This document shows positions 1 to 9,178 of a DNA stretch of 25,231 bases, piece after piece (the first letter of the stretch is position 1; every line of letters begins with the position of its first letter). The translations under genes and the position numbers were made by a program. The stretch is from IMG/VR virus record IMGVR_UViG_3300045979_000074, positions 1 through 25,231 of that record, one strand, 5' to 3'. This DNA is from a virus. Taxonomy: Duplodnaviria; Caudoviricetes. Below the pieces are notes generated by a model. That model saw only the letters and a program-made list of their open reading frames with translations. It was not told the origin of the DNA and did no database searches.

Positions 1-473
1 CAGTAGAAGGCGAAAAAGTAGAAATTGGAGGCACAGTAGATTTAACAGATAATGTTACTAATTTGCCAACATTACCAGAAGGAACAACAGTAACAGATGT
101 TACTCCTGGCGGTACAATTGATACCAATACACCAGGCAATTATGAAGGTGTCATTGAAGTAACGTATCCAGACGGTACGAAAGATACGGTGAAAGTTCCA
201 GTAGAAGTGACAGACAATCGTTCTGACGCCGATAAATATGAACCAACAGTAGAAGGCGAAAAAGTAGAAATTGGAGGCACAGTAGATTTAACAGATAATG
301 TTACTAATTTGCCAACATTACCAGAAGGAACAACAGTAACAGATGTTACTCCTGGCGGTACAATTGATACCAACACACCAGGCAATTACGAAGGTGTCAT
401 TGAAGTAACGTATCCAGACGGTACGAAAGATACAGTGAAAGTTCCAGTAGAAGTGACAGACAATCGTTCTAAT
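1..473 (+). repeat. Esp C-type tandem repeats, 246 bp (82 aa) period
   Basis: CAGTAGAAGGCGAAAAAGTAG occurs at 1 and 247; copies are near-identical. Confidence 0.95.
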
Positions 474-1403
474 GCAGATAAATACAATCCTGAAGGACAA
501 AAAGTGACTACAGACTTAAACAAAGAGCCAGATGCATCTGAGGGAATTAAGAACAAAGAAGATTTACCAAAAGGAACTACTTATGCTTGGAAAGAGAAAG
601 TAGATGTTAGCACAGCTGGAAACAAAAAAGGCACTATTATAGTGACATATCCAGATGGATCATCTGATGAAGTTGAAGTAGACGTTACAGTGACAGATAC
701 TCGTTCCGATGCAGATAAATACAATCCTGAAGGACAAAAAGTGACTACAGACTTAAATAAAGAGCCAGATGCATCTGAGGGAATTAAGAACAAAGAAGAT
801 TTACCAAAAGGAACTACTTATACTTGGAAAGAAAAAGTAGATGTTAGTACAGCTGGAAACAAAAAAGGCACTGTTGTAGTAACATATCCAGATGGATCTA
901 AAGAAGAAGTAGAAGTTACTATTTCTGTAGTAGATAAAAAAGCACCGAATAAACCTCAAGTTGATCCTATTACAGAGGGTGACCAAATTGTTACTGGTAA
1001 AACTGAACCAAATGCAGAGGTAACAGTTACATTACCAGACGGAAGTCAATACCATGGGACAGCTGATGAGAATGGTAATTTTACAGTTAAAGTTCCTAAA
1101 TTAGAGGCAGGAACAAAAGTGATAGTAACTGCAACTGATGAATCTGGTAATACTAGTGAACCTACTGATGTAGTTGTTTCTTCCAACACAAAAGACAGTG
1201 GAAAAAACGATAATAAAGGTAAGACTGATAATCAAGGTAGCAATAGCAATCAAGACAAAAATAGAGGCAAAAGCCAGTCCTCAAAAGTTTTTCCTAAGAC
1301 GGGAGAAATTGACAGTAATATCTTTACTATTAGCGGTGGTTTAATATTGTTAGGAACTTTAGGATTATTAGGGTATAAAAATCGAAAAAAAGAGAATGAA
1401 TAG
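1..1403 (+). CDS. esp: Enterococcal surface protein Esp, C-terminal part (5'-truncated by the window edge; frame begins at position 3)
   Basis: 82-aa and 79-aa Rib/alpha-like repeats (VTYPDG..D.V.V.V.V), Ig-like domain, FPKTG sortase motif, hydrophobic anchor and charged tail KNRKKENE. Confidence 0.93.
   Translation, partial: VEGEKVEIGGTVDLTDNVTNLPTLPEGTTVTDVTPGGTIDTNTPGNYEGVIEVTYPDGTKDTVKVPVEVTDNRSDADKYEPTVEGEKVEIGGTVDLTDNVTNLPTLPEGTTVTDVTPGGTIDTNTPGNYEGVIEVTYPDGTKDTVKVPVEVTDNRSNADKYNPEGQKVTTDLNKEPDASEGIKNKEDLPKGTTYAWKEKVDVSTAGNKKGTIIVTYPDGSSDEVEVDVTVTDTRSDADKYNPEGQKVTTDLNKEPDASEGIKNKEDLPKGTTYTWKEKVDVSTAGNKKGTVVVTYPDGSKEEVEVTISVVDKKAPNKPQVDPITEGDQIVTGKTEPNAEVTVTLPDGSQYHGTADENGNFTVKVPKLEAGTKVIVTATDESGNTSEPTDVVVSSNTKDSGKNDNKGKTDNQGSNSNQDKNRGKSQSSKVFPKTGEIDSNIFTISGGLILLGTLGLLGYKNRKKENE
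474..920 (+). repeat. Esp B-type tandem repeats, 237 bp (79 aa) period, about 2 copies
   Basis: GCAGATAAATACAATCCTGAAGG occurs at 474 and 711. Confidence 0.92.
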
Positions 1404-1430
1404 AAAATCAATTTCTTAAGTCTTCTCTGA

Positions 1431-1469
1431 GAAGAGGAAGAATCTTTTTCTTCCTCTTTTTGTTTTTTT
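1431..1469 (+). terminator. Probable intrinsic terminator after esp
   Basis: AAGAGGAAGAA...TTCTTCCTCTT hairpin followed by a T-rich run. Confidence 0.65.
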
Positions 1470-1543
1470 ATGATGAGAAATAAGTGTTAGTTAAAGATGA
1501 GTATACTTTTTATAGATTATAGAAGAAAAAAGAAAGTGATTGA

Positions 1544-2887
1544 GTGGAAAAAATAGTAATTATTGGTTCAAACCATTCGGGGCTAGCCGCAGCTCAGTTC
1601 CTAAACTTAAGTGATTCAAATTATGAAGTTATTCTGATAGATAAAAAATCAGAAATTAGTTACTTAGAATGTGGGACAGCGTTGTTCATAAAAAGAGAAG
1701 TTAGCAATTTAAAAGATCTTTTTTATCAAAATAGAAGAGAACTAAATTCTAAGATAAAAAAGTTGTTTTTGGAGACAGTAGCTGACAAAATTGATATTCA
1801 AAATAAAAAGATTATTTGTGTAAAAAAAGATGGTACAAGATTCTCTCAAGAATATGACAAAGTTATATTAGCTACAGGTTCAAAGCAAATTATGTTAGAT
1901 ATACCGGGGAATAATTTAGCTAATATTTTTTCGATAAAGAATTTTCCAAATGCAAAAGAGATTTTTAAAGCTTTGGATGATAGTACTATTAAAAAAGTAG
2001 GAATTATTGGAGCAGGATATATTGGAGTTGAAATTGCTGAAGCTATAAGAAAAAGAGGGAAAGAAGTGTATCTTTTCGATGTTGCAGATAGAGTGTTGTC
2101 GACCTATTACGACCGTAGTTTTTCAGATAAAGTTGAAGAAATACTATCAAAAAACGGGATACATCTTTGTTTATCAGAAAGTCCTAAAAAGTATTTAGGA
2201 AAAGAAAAGATTGAAAAAATAGTGACTACAAGAGATAACAAATACGCTATGGATATGGTCATACAAGCTATAGGATTCCTATCTCATAGTCCAATAGGGA
2301 AAAAGGAGTTCTTGAGAGATGTTAGTGGAGCATATCTAACGGATGAATACCAACAAACAAATATAAAAGACATATATGCTATTGGAGATTGTGCTACAAC
2401 TTTTTTTACATCAATTAATAGAAGTAGCGTTGATTTTTCTATCTCTAATGCTCTAAGAACGGCTTATATTGCAACTCAACATATTAACAATCAAAATTTT
2501 ACACCTTCTGGTTCCCAATTCACAAATGGATTTTCTATATTTGGTCACAATTTTTATGCAGCAGGTTTGAATTTAAAAACAGCACGCTTATTAAATAAGT
2601 CTATAGATTATATAGAAATAGAAGATTATATTAGACCGATTTTTTCTAAAAAAAACAGTATTGTAAAATTAAGAATTAGTTTTGAAAAAAAAGCAAAGAG
2701 AATAGTAGGTGTACAATTTTATAGTCAAGAAGATCTATCTGGATTATTGACAATGTTCTCTCTTGCTATAGAAGAGCAAATTACATTAGACAAATTGAAA
2801 ATGTTAGATTATTTATTTCATCCTAGTTTTAGTCAACCCTATAATTTTATTTTAAAGGCAGTAACAGGATTAAATAGTGGAGCATAA
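1544..2887 (+). CDS. nox: NADH oxidase / FAD-dependent pyridine nucleotide-disulfide oxidoreductase
   Basis: N-terminal IIGSNHSG FAD motif, redox Cys in SYLECG (Cys43), LATGS, IGAGYIG NAD motif, YAIGD; sits directly after esp as in the E. faecium island. Confidence 0.88.
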   Translation: MEKIVIIGSNHSGLAAAQFLNLSDSNYEVILIDKKSEISYLECGTALFIKREVSNLKDLFYQNRRELNSKIKKLFLETVADKIDIQNKKIICVKKDGTRFSQEYDKVILATGSKQIMLDIPGNNLANIFSIKNFPNAKEIFKALDDSTIKKVGIIGAGYIGVEIAEAIRKRGKEVYLFDVADRVLSTYYDRSFSDKVEEILSKNGIHLCLSESPKKYLGKEKIEKIVTTRDNKYAMDMVIQAIGFLSHSPIGKKEFLRDVSGAYLTDEYQQTNIKDIYAIGDCATTFFTSINRSSVDFSISNALRTAYIATQHINNQNFTPSGSQFTNGFSIFGHNFYAAGLNLKTARLLNKSIDYIEIEDYIRPIFSKKNSIVKLRISFEKKAKRIVGVQFYSQEDLSGLLTMFSLAIEEQITLDKLKMLDYLFHPSFSQPYNFILKAVTGLNSGA

Positions 2888-2997
2888 TCGTTACTAAATG
2901 AAATCAAGAAATATACTGTATTACTCAATTCATTGAAAATATTTGTCATATTTTTTAATAGAAAACACTATTAAAGAAAAAAAGAGAGGTAAATCAA

Positions 2998-4401
2998 ATG
3001 AAAAAATCTTTAAAACTTGCATCAGCAGTTCTATTAATGTCCCATCTCCTTATAGCAACACCTTTCCATGTGTTGGCAAGCGAAAATTCAACATACAAAA
3101 TTGCAAAAGAAAGAACCAAGACGACTGAAATGAGTAATTCCGATGTAACAGCAGAGAGTAGTGAACTTTTGACAACTTCATCAAGTGAAAGTAGTACGAC
3201 TTTAAATGCCGAGTCTTCAACAACTTCATCAAGTGAAAGTAGTATGACTTCAAATGCCGAGTCTTCAACAACTTCATCAAGTGAAAGTAGTACGATTTCA
3301 AGTACCGAATCTTCAACAACTTCAAGTAGTACAAGTGAAATAACTTCTTCGAAAGTTACAAAGCCAAACCATATAGAGTCTTCAAAAAAGGAAGCGCCAA
3401 AAACGGAAGGACAAACAAAAACTTTTTCGACATCACAGCAAATAGAATCAACAGAAACTTTCCAATCACAACCAGTACTATCTGGTAATGAAGAAATTCA
3501 TTTTGACAAAAATGAGTCTGTAGAAAATTTTATTATGAAAATTGGTGATTCTGCGAGAAAAATTGGTCAGAAATATGATTTATATGCTTCTGTTATGATT
3601 GCACAAGCAATCTTAGAATCTGCCAGTGGTCAAAGCCAATTAGCTCAGGCACCGAATTACAATTTATTTGGGATAAAAGGAACTTATAATGGAAGCTTTG
3701 TCATAATGGTAACAAACGAAGATTTGGGTAATGGAACGCTTTATAAGACTCAATCGAAATTTAGAGTGTATGAAAACTATGAGGAAAGTTTTGAAGATTA
3801 TGCCAAATTATTAACTAAGGGAATTAGTGGAAATAAAGATTTTTATGCCGGAGCATTAAAAGCTAATAGTAAAACATATCGAGAAGCAACTAAATTCCTT
3901 ACAGGACGGTATGCAACAGATACTCAATACTATTTAAAGCTAAATGGATTAATTAAAACCTATGATTTAACTGACTATGACAAAGAAGTTCAAGGACCAC
4001 AAATGAATAAGAACGGATATCAAATACCTATTCATAATTATTCAATATCTAGTTTGTTTGGAAATCGTGGAGATGAGTTCCATCGAGGACTTGATATGGC
4101 AGCTGCACAAGGTGAACCGATTCATGCAGTTAAAGCTGGTAAAGTTATTAAAGCAGAGTTTCACTATTCTTGGGGAAATTACGTTGTTATACAACACGAA
4201 GATGGATCAACAGCGTTATATGCTCACCAACAACAATACTTAGTAAAAACTGGAGACAACGTTGTGCAAGGACAAATGATTGGCTATGTAGGAAGTACTG
4301 GGAATAGTACAGGACCACACCTCCATTTGGAAATTTGCAAAGATAGTAGTCTTTCTCAAAGCATGTTAGTTGATCCGAAAACCTTATTATTTGGGAACTA
4401 A
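2998..4401 (+). CDS. Secreted peptidoglycan hydrolase: signal peptide, Ser/Thr-rich linker, GH73 glucosaminidase/muramidase domain, M23 peptidase domain
   Basis: GAGG RBS; AQAILESASG, YNLFGIKG and YATD GH73 motifs; HRGLD, YAH and STGPHLHLE M23 motifs. Confidence 0.9.
   Translation: MKKSLKLASAVLLMSHLLIATPFHVLASENSTYKIAKERTKTTEMSNSDVTAESSELLTTSSSESSTTLNAESSTTSSSESSMTSNAESSTTSSSESSTISSTESSTTSSSTSEITSSKVTKPNHIESSKKEAPKTEGQTKTFSTSQQIESTETFQSQPVLSGNEEIHFDKNESVENFIMKIGDSARKIGQKYDLYASVMIAQAILESASGQSQLAQAPNYNLFGIKGTYNGSFVIMVTNEDLGNGTLYKTQSKFRVYENYEESFEDYAKLLTKGISGNKDFYAGALKANSKTYREATKFLTGRYATDTQYYLKLNGLIKTYDLTDYDKEVQGPQMNKNGYQIPIHNYSISSLFGNRGDEFHRGLDMAAAQGEPIHAVKAGKVIKAEFHYSWGNYVVIQHEDGSTALYAHQQQYLVKTGDNVVQGQMIGYVGSTGNSTGPHLHLEICKDSSLSQSMLVDPKTLLFGN
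3172..3324 (+). repeat. 48-bp (16 aa, TTSSSESSTTxxAESS) tandem repeat, about 3.2 copies, in the autolysin linker
   Basis: ACAACTTCA starts at 3172, 3220, 3268 and 3316. Confidence 0.9.
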
Positions 4402-4453
4402 AAAGAAAAAGAGCATTTTATTAGAAGTATGGATTAGGGAATATAGTAGTAGT

Positions 4454-4491
4454 GGGCTCTAAAGATTATGAAATCTTTAAGAGCTCTTTTT
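4454..4491 (+). terminator. Probable terminator after the autolysin gene
   Basis: GGGCTCTAAAGATT-ATGA-AATCTTTAAGAGCTC hairpin followed by TTTTT. Confidence 0.6.
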
Positions 4492-4721
4492 AAGACGATT
4501 GTTTAAAACGAATTAACCAAGTAGGAGCTTTCCTAGAATTTATAAAATTATAGTTTCTTGTATGACATGTATATAGCATGCTAAAATACCAATAAATAAG
4601 GTTTAAGATAAACGCAAAAAGTCGAAAAATTAACACTTATTTTGTGATATTAATTTTAATTTGCAAAACAAGCTATATGGAAAAAGTTTAAACTTTTTCT
4701 AGAGTCCCTATTACTAGTTAA

Positions 4722-4771
4722 AAAGACCACTGTAGTCCTCTGATAAATCATCCTAAAGACCACAGTAGTCC
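4722..4771. promoter_or_regulatory. Two 17-bp direct repeats AAAGACCAC(T/A)GTAGTCC, 33 bp apart, putative operator sites
   Basis: Copies at 4722-4738 and 4755-4771, each holding an imperfect palindrome GACCACWGTAGTC; upstream of a small HTH gene. Confidence 0.55.
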
Positions 4772-4818
4772 CCTTAAAGTTTTTCCAAATTAACTATCTG
4801 AGAAAGGAGAGAAGATTT

Positions 4819-5034
4819 TTGAATCAAGGAATAGCTGATATTAAATTAATCAAAGAAGTTTTACAAGAATCTACCGCAAACGCGATAGCATCTGGATCAG
4901 GGATTAGCTTAAGTACAGCAAAAAAACTAAAAAGTGGCGAGAGAAATGTAGAAAAACTAAATCTTTCTGATGCAATAAAAATCACTGAGTTTGCTATTAA
5001 GAATAGGCATGTGAAAATTGAAATTTGGAAATGA
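4819..5034 (+). CDS. Small XRE/Cro-like helix-turn-helix protein
   Basis: GAAAGGAG RBS before a TTG start; TANAIASGSGISLSTAKKLKSGERNVEKLNL matches an HTH pattern. Confidence 0.7.
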   Translation: MNQGIADIKLIKEVLQESTANAIASGSGISLSTAKKLKSGERNVEKLNLSDAIKITEFAIKNRHVKIEIWK

Positions 5035-5119
5035 CGGATACAACTATTATAGTTTTGTTTTTTCTAAGTATCATATTTATGAATATGCTTTTGCTAAACA
5101 TCTAATTATAGATTAATTT

Positions 5120-6031
5120 TTATCCAATATCTATAATTTTCCAATTTTTTACCTTTTGGAGAGTAAGGGTAAATTCAAAGATATTGCTTACTTTAGTTGT
5201 ATTATTAAGATACTTAACAAAAATTTCTCCTTGAATTTCTTTTCCTTTCAGTTTAAAAGTAGGATTAACCAATTCAACTAATTTCAAATTACTATTAATT
5301 GGCTGAACTGCTTTGTTTTCAACATAGTATTCAAGTTCCTTTTCCGATGCTGATGGATACAGTTTAAAAAAGGTCTCTAAAAAATCGGTGACTTCTTCCG
5401 TGGTTTTAGCATCAATGTCAGATTCGATTCCTATTTGTTTTGATTCATATTTTGCCTTTTCTGGCTTTGCAATCATAGTAGGCAAACTCGTTACTATATG
5501 GCTCCCATTTTCATCTTCAAAGATTGTCACTCGATATGCAGAAGAAATTGATTGTGTCTTTTTTCCCTCTGTAATCTGTTGCTCGACTAAAAATGAAACG
5601 ATAAATTCTTCCGAGTGTTTTTCAACATCTAGAATTTTTATAGATTGAACTTCGGAACTCGTGGGAATATCTGCTCGAACCATATCTTGGCTTAAAGCGA
5701 GACCGTTTTCTGTAAGGTACTGTTCGAGATTACTCATTCTCTTTTCAATTGCTTCCTTGTTATTTCTCCATGAAAAATATTCTTTCGCAAAATCCTCTGT
5801 AAAACTTTCAACGCCTGAAGTATTCACTACCTTCTCTTTTATAACTACTTTTTCATGAGTCGTATGCTGATCAATGGCTGTGAAATTTCTGTAGATTCCA
5901 AAAGCAAGGCTACAAGACAATAAAAGCCAAAGAGCAAGCACCATTTTTCGATGCTTGCCCACTGAAATGACTCGTTCTTTATTCTTTTTTGGGCTCTTTT
6001 CCTTTTGATTCCGTTCAATTTTTATCTTCAT
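5120..6031 (-). CDS. Conjugal transfer protein, Tn916 Orf13 / TcpC (VirB8-like)
   Basis: Single N-terminal TM helix then FTEDFAKEYFSW and FLETFFKLYP motifs; last gene of the conjugation operon. Confidence 0.88.
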   Translation of the reverse strand: MKIKIERNQKEKSPKKNKERVISVGKHRKMVLALWLLLSCSLAFGIYRNFTAIDQHTTHEKVVIKEKVVNTSGVESFTEDFAKEYFSWRNNKEAIEKRMSNLEQYLTENGLALSQDMVRADIPTSSEVQSIKILDVEKHSEEFIVSFLVEQQITEGKKTQSISSAYRVTIFEDENGSHIVTSLPTMIAKPEKAKYESKQIGIESDIDAKTTEEVTDFLETFFKLYPSASEKELEYYVENKAVQPINSNLKLVELVNPTFKLKGKEIQGEIFVKYLNNTTKVSNIFEFTLTLQKVKNWKIIDIG

Positions 6032-6049
6032 GTTTTTTCCTCTTTTCTC

Positions 6050-7054
6050 TTATTTGTACCGTCCAGCACCGATAAGATGCTGCTGCCAATAGCTTTCTGT
6101 TAGATTTGTCCAGCCCACTGGATCTCCTGCATGAAACATGCGATTCTCTCCTGCATAAATACCGACATGGGTCACATAAGTACCGGCATCATAAGTCGAA
6201 TGAAAGAAAACCAAATCACCTGGTTTGGCATCTTTTACATCAATATGGGTCATGGCATTATACTGATCTTGAGCCACCCGAGGAAGTTTCAGACCAACTT
6301 TGGCATAACACCATTGAGTCAAGCCACTACAATCAAACCCAGTTTCGGGACTTGCTCCACCAAACACATAAGCCGTTCCTTCATACTTAAACGCCTCATC
6401 AAAAATCCCTTGGACTGTTTTATCATCAAACTGTGTTGTAGTTAGGTATTGCTTCACTAATAAGCAATAAAACATATTGCCATAGTTATACCGCCACCCA
6501 CCATTTTTCTTAATCGCTATGGGATTAGGGTAATCAACTTTTTGGCCGCTCGATTTTTCCTTTGAAAAAGATTCGGCTAAAGCAAAATTATGCTTCTTCC
6601 CGTTTTTCGCGACATGATCCAGATACCCGCCACCATAGTTATACGCTTGAATAATGCTATCTTGATCACACCCTAGTTCTTTGGAACGCTTAACCAAAGA
6701 CGCAAAATAGAGACATCCTTGTTTGATGGATGCCTCGGTACTTAATGAATTCGGTGGCAACCCGGCTGACTCCGAACTCTGCATCACATCTTCCATTGTG
6801 CCACCAGATTCCACTTGAATAATCGCCAAAAGAATCAGGACATATTCTGAGATGTTTGATTCCTTGGCATATTTTTCCACCATTGCTCGGTGTTTCAAAA
6901 CTTCTTCTGAGACATTACTTCCCCCAGAAGAAGCACCTGAACTATTACTTCCTTCACTGTCTTCCCCAAACAACAAGCCCACACACATCAAGACGACCAT
7001 AAAGGAGAGTGTCAAGATGGTTAACGAAATGATACTTAATTTCTTTACATTCAT
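6050..7054 (-). CDS. Conjugation cell-wall hydrolase, Tn916 Orf14 / CwlT-like (lysozyme-like plus NlpC/P60)
   Basis: LAIIQVESGG, DVMQSSES and AYNYG lysozyme motifs; FDCSGL, PGDLVFF and HVGIY NlpC/P60 motifs. Confidence 0.93.
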   Translation of the reverse strand: MNVKKLSIISLTILTLSFMVVLMCVGLLFGEDSEGSNSSGASSGGSNVSEEVLKHRAMVEKYAKESNISEYVLILLAIIQVESGGTMEDVMQSSESAGLPPNSLSTEASIKQGCLYFASLVKRSKELGCDQDSIIQAYNYGGGYLDHVAKNGKKHNFALAESFSKEKSSGQKVDYPNPIAIKKNGGWRYNYGNMFYCLLVKQYLTTTQFDDKTVQGIFDEAFKYEGTAYVFGGASPETGFDCSGLTQWCYAKVGLKLPRVAQDQYNAMTHIDVKDAKPGDLVFFHSTYDAGTYVTHVGIYAGENRMFHAGDPVGWTNLTESYWQQHLIGAGRYK

Positions 7055-9174
7055 TTTTTCTCACCCGACCTTGATTTTGGACGAGGGTTCATTCTTTTTT
7101 GTACTTTTTGATTGGTTCGCTTGGGCAGAGTAGACCTCTGTTTCACTTGTTGGAAAGAATTTTTCTTACTTGATGGTTGACTTATTCTTTTTGAAACAAT
7201 TTCATGACTAGATAGTTTTCGTTTGATTTCGGGATTCGGATTTACTCTCACAATCTGTTTTGGTGCTTCTTTTTTTGGCGCTCTATCTTTTTGAGGTTGG
7301 CGCTCTGGTTTTATCGAAACATTTTCCCTTCTTTTCTTATGATGATTACCGGTTTCGTTCAATACTTTGCGCTTTTCAGCCATTTTTTCATCTCTATGTT
7401 GTCGTTGTTTTTCTCTCAACTCCGCTCGATTTGCTTTTTCTTGGACAAGTCCGCGCTTGAATTCTTTCGGTGCTTTTTTCGTCTTTTCAATTCCTTTGTG
7501 GAAGTTGTATTTCAAGTTGGTCGGCGTATTCCTTACCTGATCCCTTACTTGTTTAGTCTTATCTTTCACCAAAGCTTGGGTATCCAGAACTTTGCCCATT
7601 TTTCTCCCAGCCAAATTCATTCGGGATTGTTTCTTATTATTTGAAACTGGATTCTCCTTAGTCGAGTCAGATGGTACCTCGTGATCGTTAGGTAATCGTG
7701 AATTCTTTCGTAGAGAAGAACCGGATGGCTTAAATTTGGATTTTGATTGTTCCTTTGCCAACTTATGTCCAACTGCTGCACCACCGCCAAAAGCCAGAGT
7801 TCGGATCACATTTCGATTGAGTTGCCGCAATTTACGGTTCATCAACATGTGCGGTTTCCGCATGATGCGCCTTCCCATTGACTGACTATCATTGCTTTGG
7901 AGATTGAACATACTCATGATGTCACCTAATTTGAAATAGATACCGGCAAAGGTCACGATTTGCAGGAACGCAACCATAAAGAAAGGATAGGTAGCTGAAA
8001 TATTGAAAAACATGGTGGAGATACTAAAAGCAGTCGTAATGACTAAGGTAACTCCCGCTCGCATCATAATCGTATTGAATAAACGAATAATCGCCTTCTT
8101 TCCCAAGCTCTCATAAGTTGGTAACATGGATAACAGAAAACTAATTGGCAGAAACATGGCGAAAATGATAAAGAGAATTTGGGAGAACAACATAATCCCC
8201 GTCAGTAAGAAGACAAAGAATGAGATACCAATATTAAACAACACCAAAAAGACCACGGTCCCTAGTCGGTTCATGGTCTTTGTAATACTTAGATTCGCGT
8301 TGTCATTGTCTTCAATTTCAGCTTTTACCGCTTCTTCTCGATCCTTTCCCTTATTTTCATCTGGACTCACAGATAAAATTTTATTGACCCGGTCTTCACC
8401 AATTTCTTCTATGTTGGAATCATCAAATTGCAACAAGAGCCAAGGTTGTCGGACTTGAATAGAAAACAAACTATCACGAATCAAATCCACACTGTCTTTT
8501 CCTTTGCTTTCCGAATTCGGCACAACGAGCTCTGTTCCGAGACTAAGAGCCGCTTCACTAACATCCGAACTAAAGTTATTGATTTTTGTGATATAGGTAG
8601 GCGCATACGCGATAAAGGAACCAGAGAGAAGGAAGATCGTTACAAAGTTAATGACAGCCCGGACTGCTTTGGTAGCTTCTCGCTTTAATAGTCCGATATA
8701 CGCCACATAGACTCCTAGAGCTAAAATCATTAATAATAGAAATCCAAAATAGAAACCCGAGACCTGTAATCCATTTTCAGTAATACCGGCTAGCGTTTGG
8801 ATATTTTTCCCAATACTTTCTGCCGTATCCGAAATAAAATCTAATTTGTACGCTTCTTGTACCACATACCCGGTCGCATTTGATAAATACAAACTAACGG
8901 TCCAAATGAAATTTGTAATGGCGTAGAGACCGTACATCACACTCTTTCCTAACCCATCGCCCCAGTTCCAAGGCAGCCAGCCCCACGAACTATCTACAAA
9001 GAAATCCAATTGATAGTTATCAAGTGAATATTGAGAATAGAGATTGCCAGATTTAACGGTATCATCAACTAATCCAGTTGCTTCCGCTACTGTTCCAATC
9101 AGACTCAAAAGAAGTAAAATGGTGCAGAGACTAATTGCAATTATTCCCACAATCCGTAAAAGTTTCTTTTTCAT
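7051..9174 (-). CDS. Polytopic conjugation membrane protein, Tn916 Orf15 / ConG (VirB6-like)
   Basis: Multiple TM segments, NYQLDF motif, QPWLLLQF, basic C-terminal tail; start reassigned to the ATG at 9174 (MKKKLL) directly after the VirB4 stop. Confidence 0.88.
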   Translation of the reverse strand: MKKKLLRIVGIIAISLCTILLLLSLIGTVAEATGLVDDTVKSGNLYSQYSLDNYQLDFFVDSSWGWLPWNWGDGLGKSVMYGLYAITNFIWTVSLYLSNATGYVVQEAYKLDFISDTAESIGKNIQTLAGITENGLQVSGFYFGFLLLMILALGVYVAYIGLLKREATKAVRAVINFVTIFLLSGSFIAYAPTYITKINNFSSDVSEAALSLGTELVVPNSESKGKDSVDLIRDSLFSIQVRQPWLLLQFDDSNIEEIGEDRVNKILSVSPDENKGKDREEAVKAEIEDNDNANLSITKTMNRLGTVVFLVLFNIGISFFVFLLTGIMLFSQILFIIFAMFLPISFLLSMLPTYESLGKKAIIRLFNTIMMRAGVTLVITTAFSISTMFFNISATYPFFMVAFLQIVTFAGIYFKLGDIMSMFNLQSNDSQSMGRRIMRKPHMLMNRKLRQLNRNVIRTLAFGGGAAVGHKLAKEQSKSKFKPSGSSLRKNSRLPNDHEVPSDSTKENPVSNNKKQSRMNLAGRKMGKVLDTQALVKDKTKQVRDQVRNTPTNLKYNFHKGIEKTKKAPKEFKRGLVQEKANRAELREKQRQHRDEKMAEKRKVLNETGNHHKKRRENVSIKPERQPQKDRAPKKEAPKQIVRVNPNPEIKRKLSSHEIVSKRISQPSSKKNSFQQVKQRSTLPKRTNQKVQKRMNPRPKSRSGEKK

Positions 9175-9178
9175 CTCC

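Noticed and set aside
140-986. Minus-strand ORFs within esp
   Set aside because: Antisense shadows produced by repetitive, biased codon usage
2943-3334. ORF 2943-3128 and the repetitive antisense ORF 3050-3334
   Set aside because: They overlap the autolysin, which has the RBS and signal peptide; the periodicity just mirrors the 48-bp repeat
4722-4771. Direct repeats as a mini CRISPR array
   Set aside because: Only two 17-bp copies with a 16-bp gap and no cas genes; better explained as operator sites
4402-5119. tet(M), xis or int downstream of orf13 as in Tn916
   Set aside because: No such ORFs are present; the integrase is presumably at the other end of the element, outside the window
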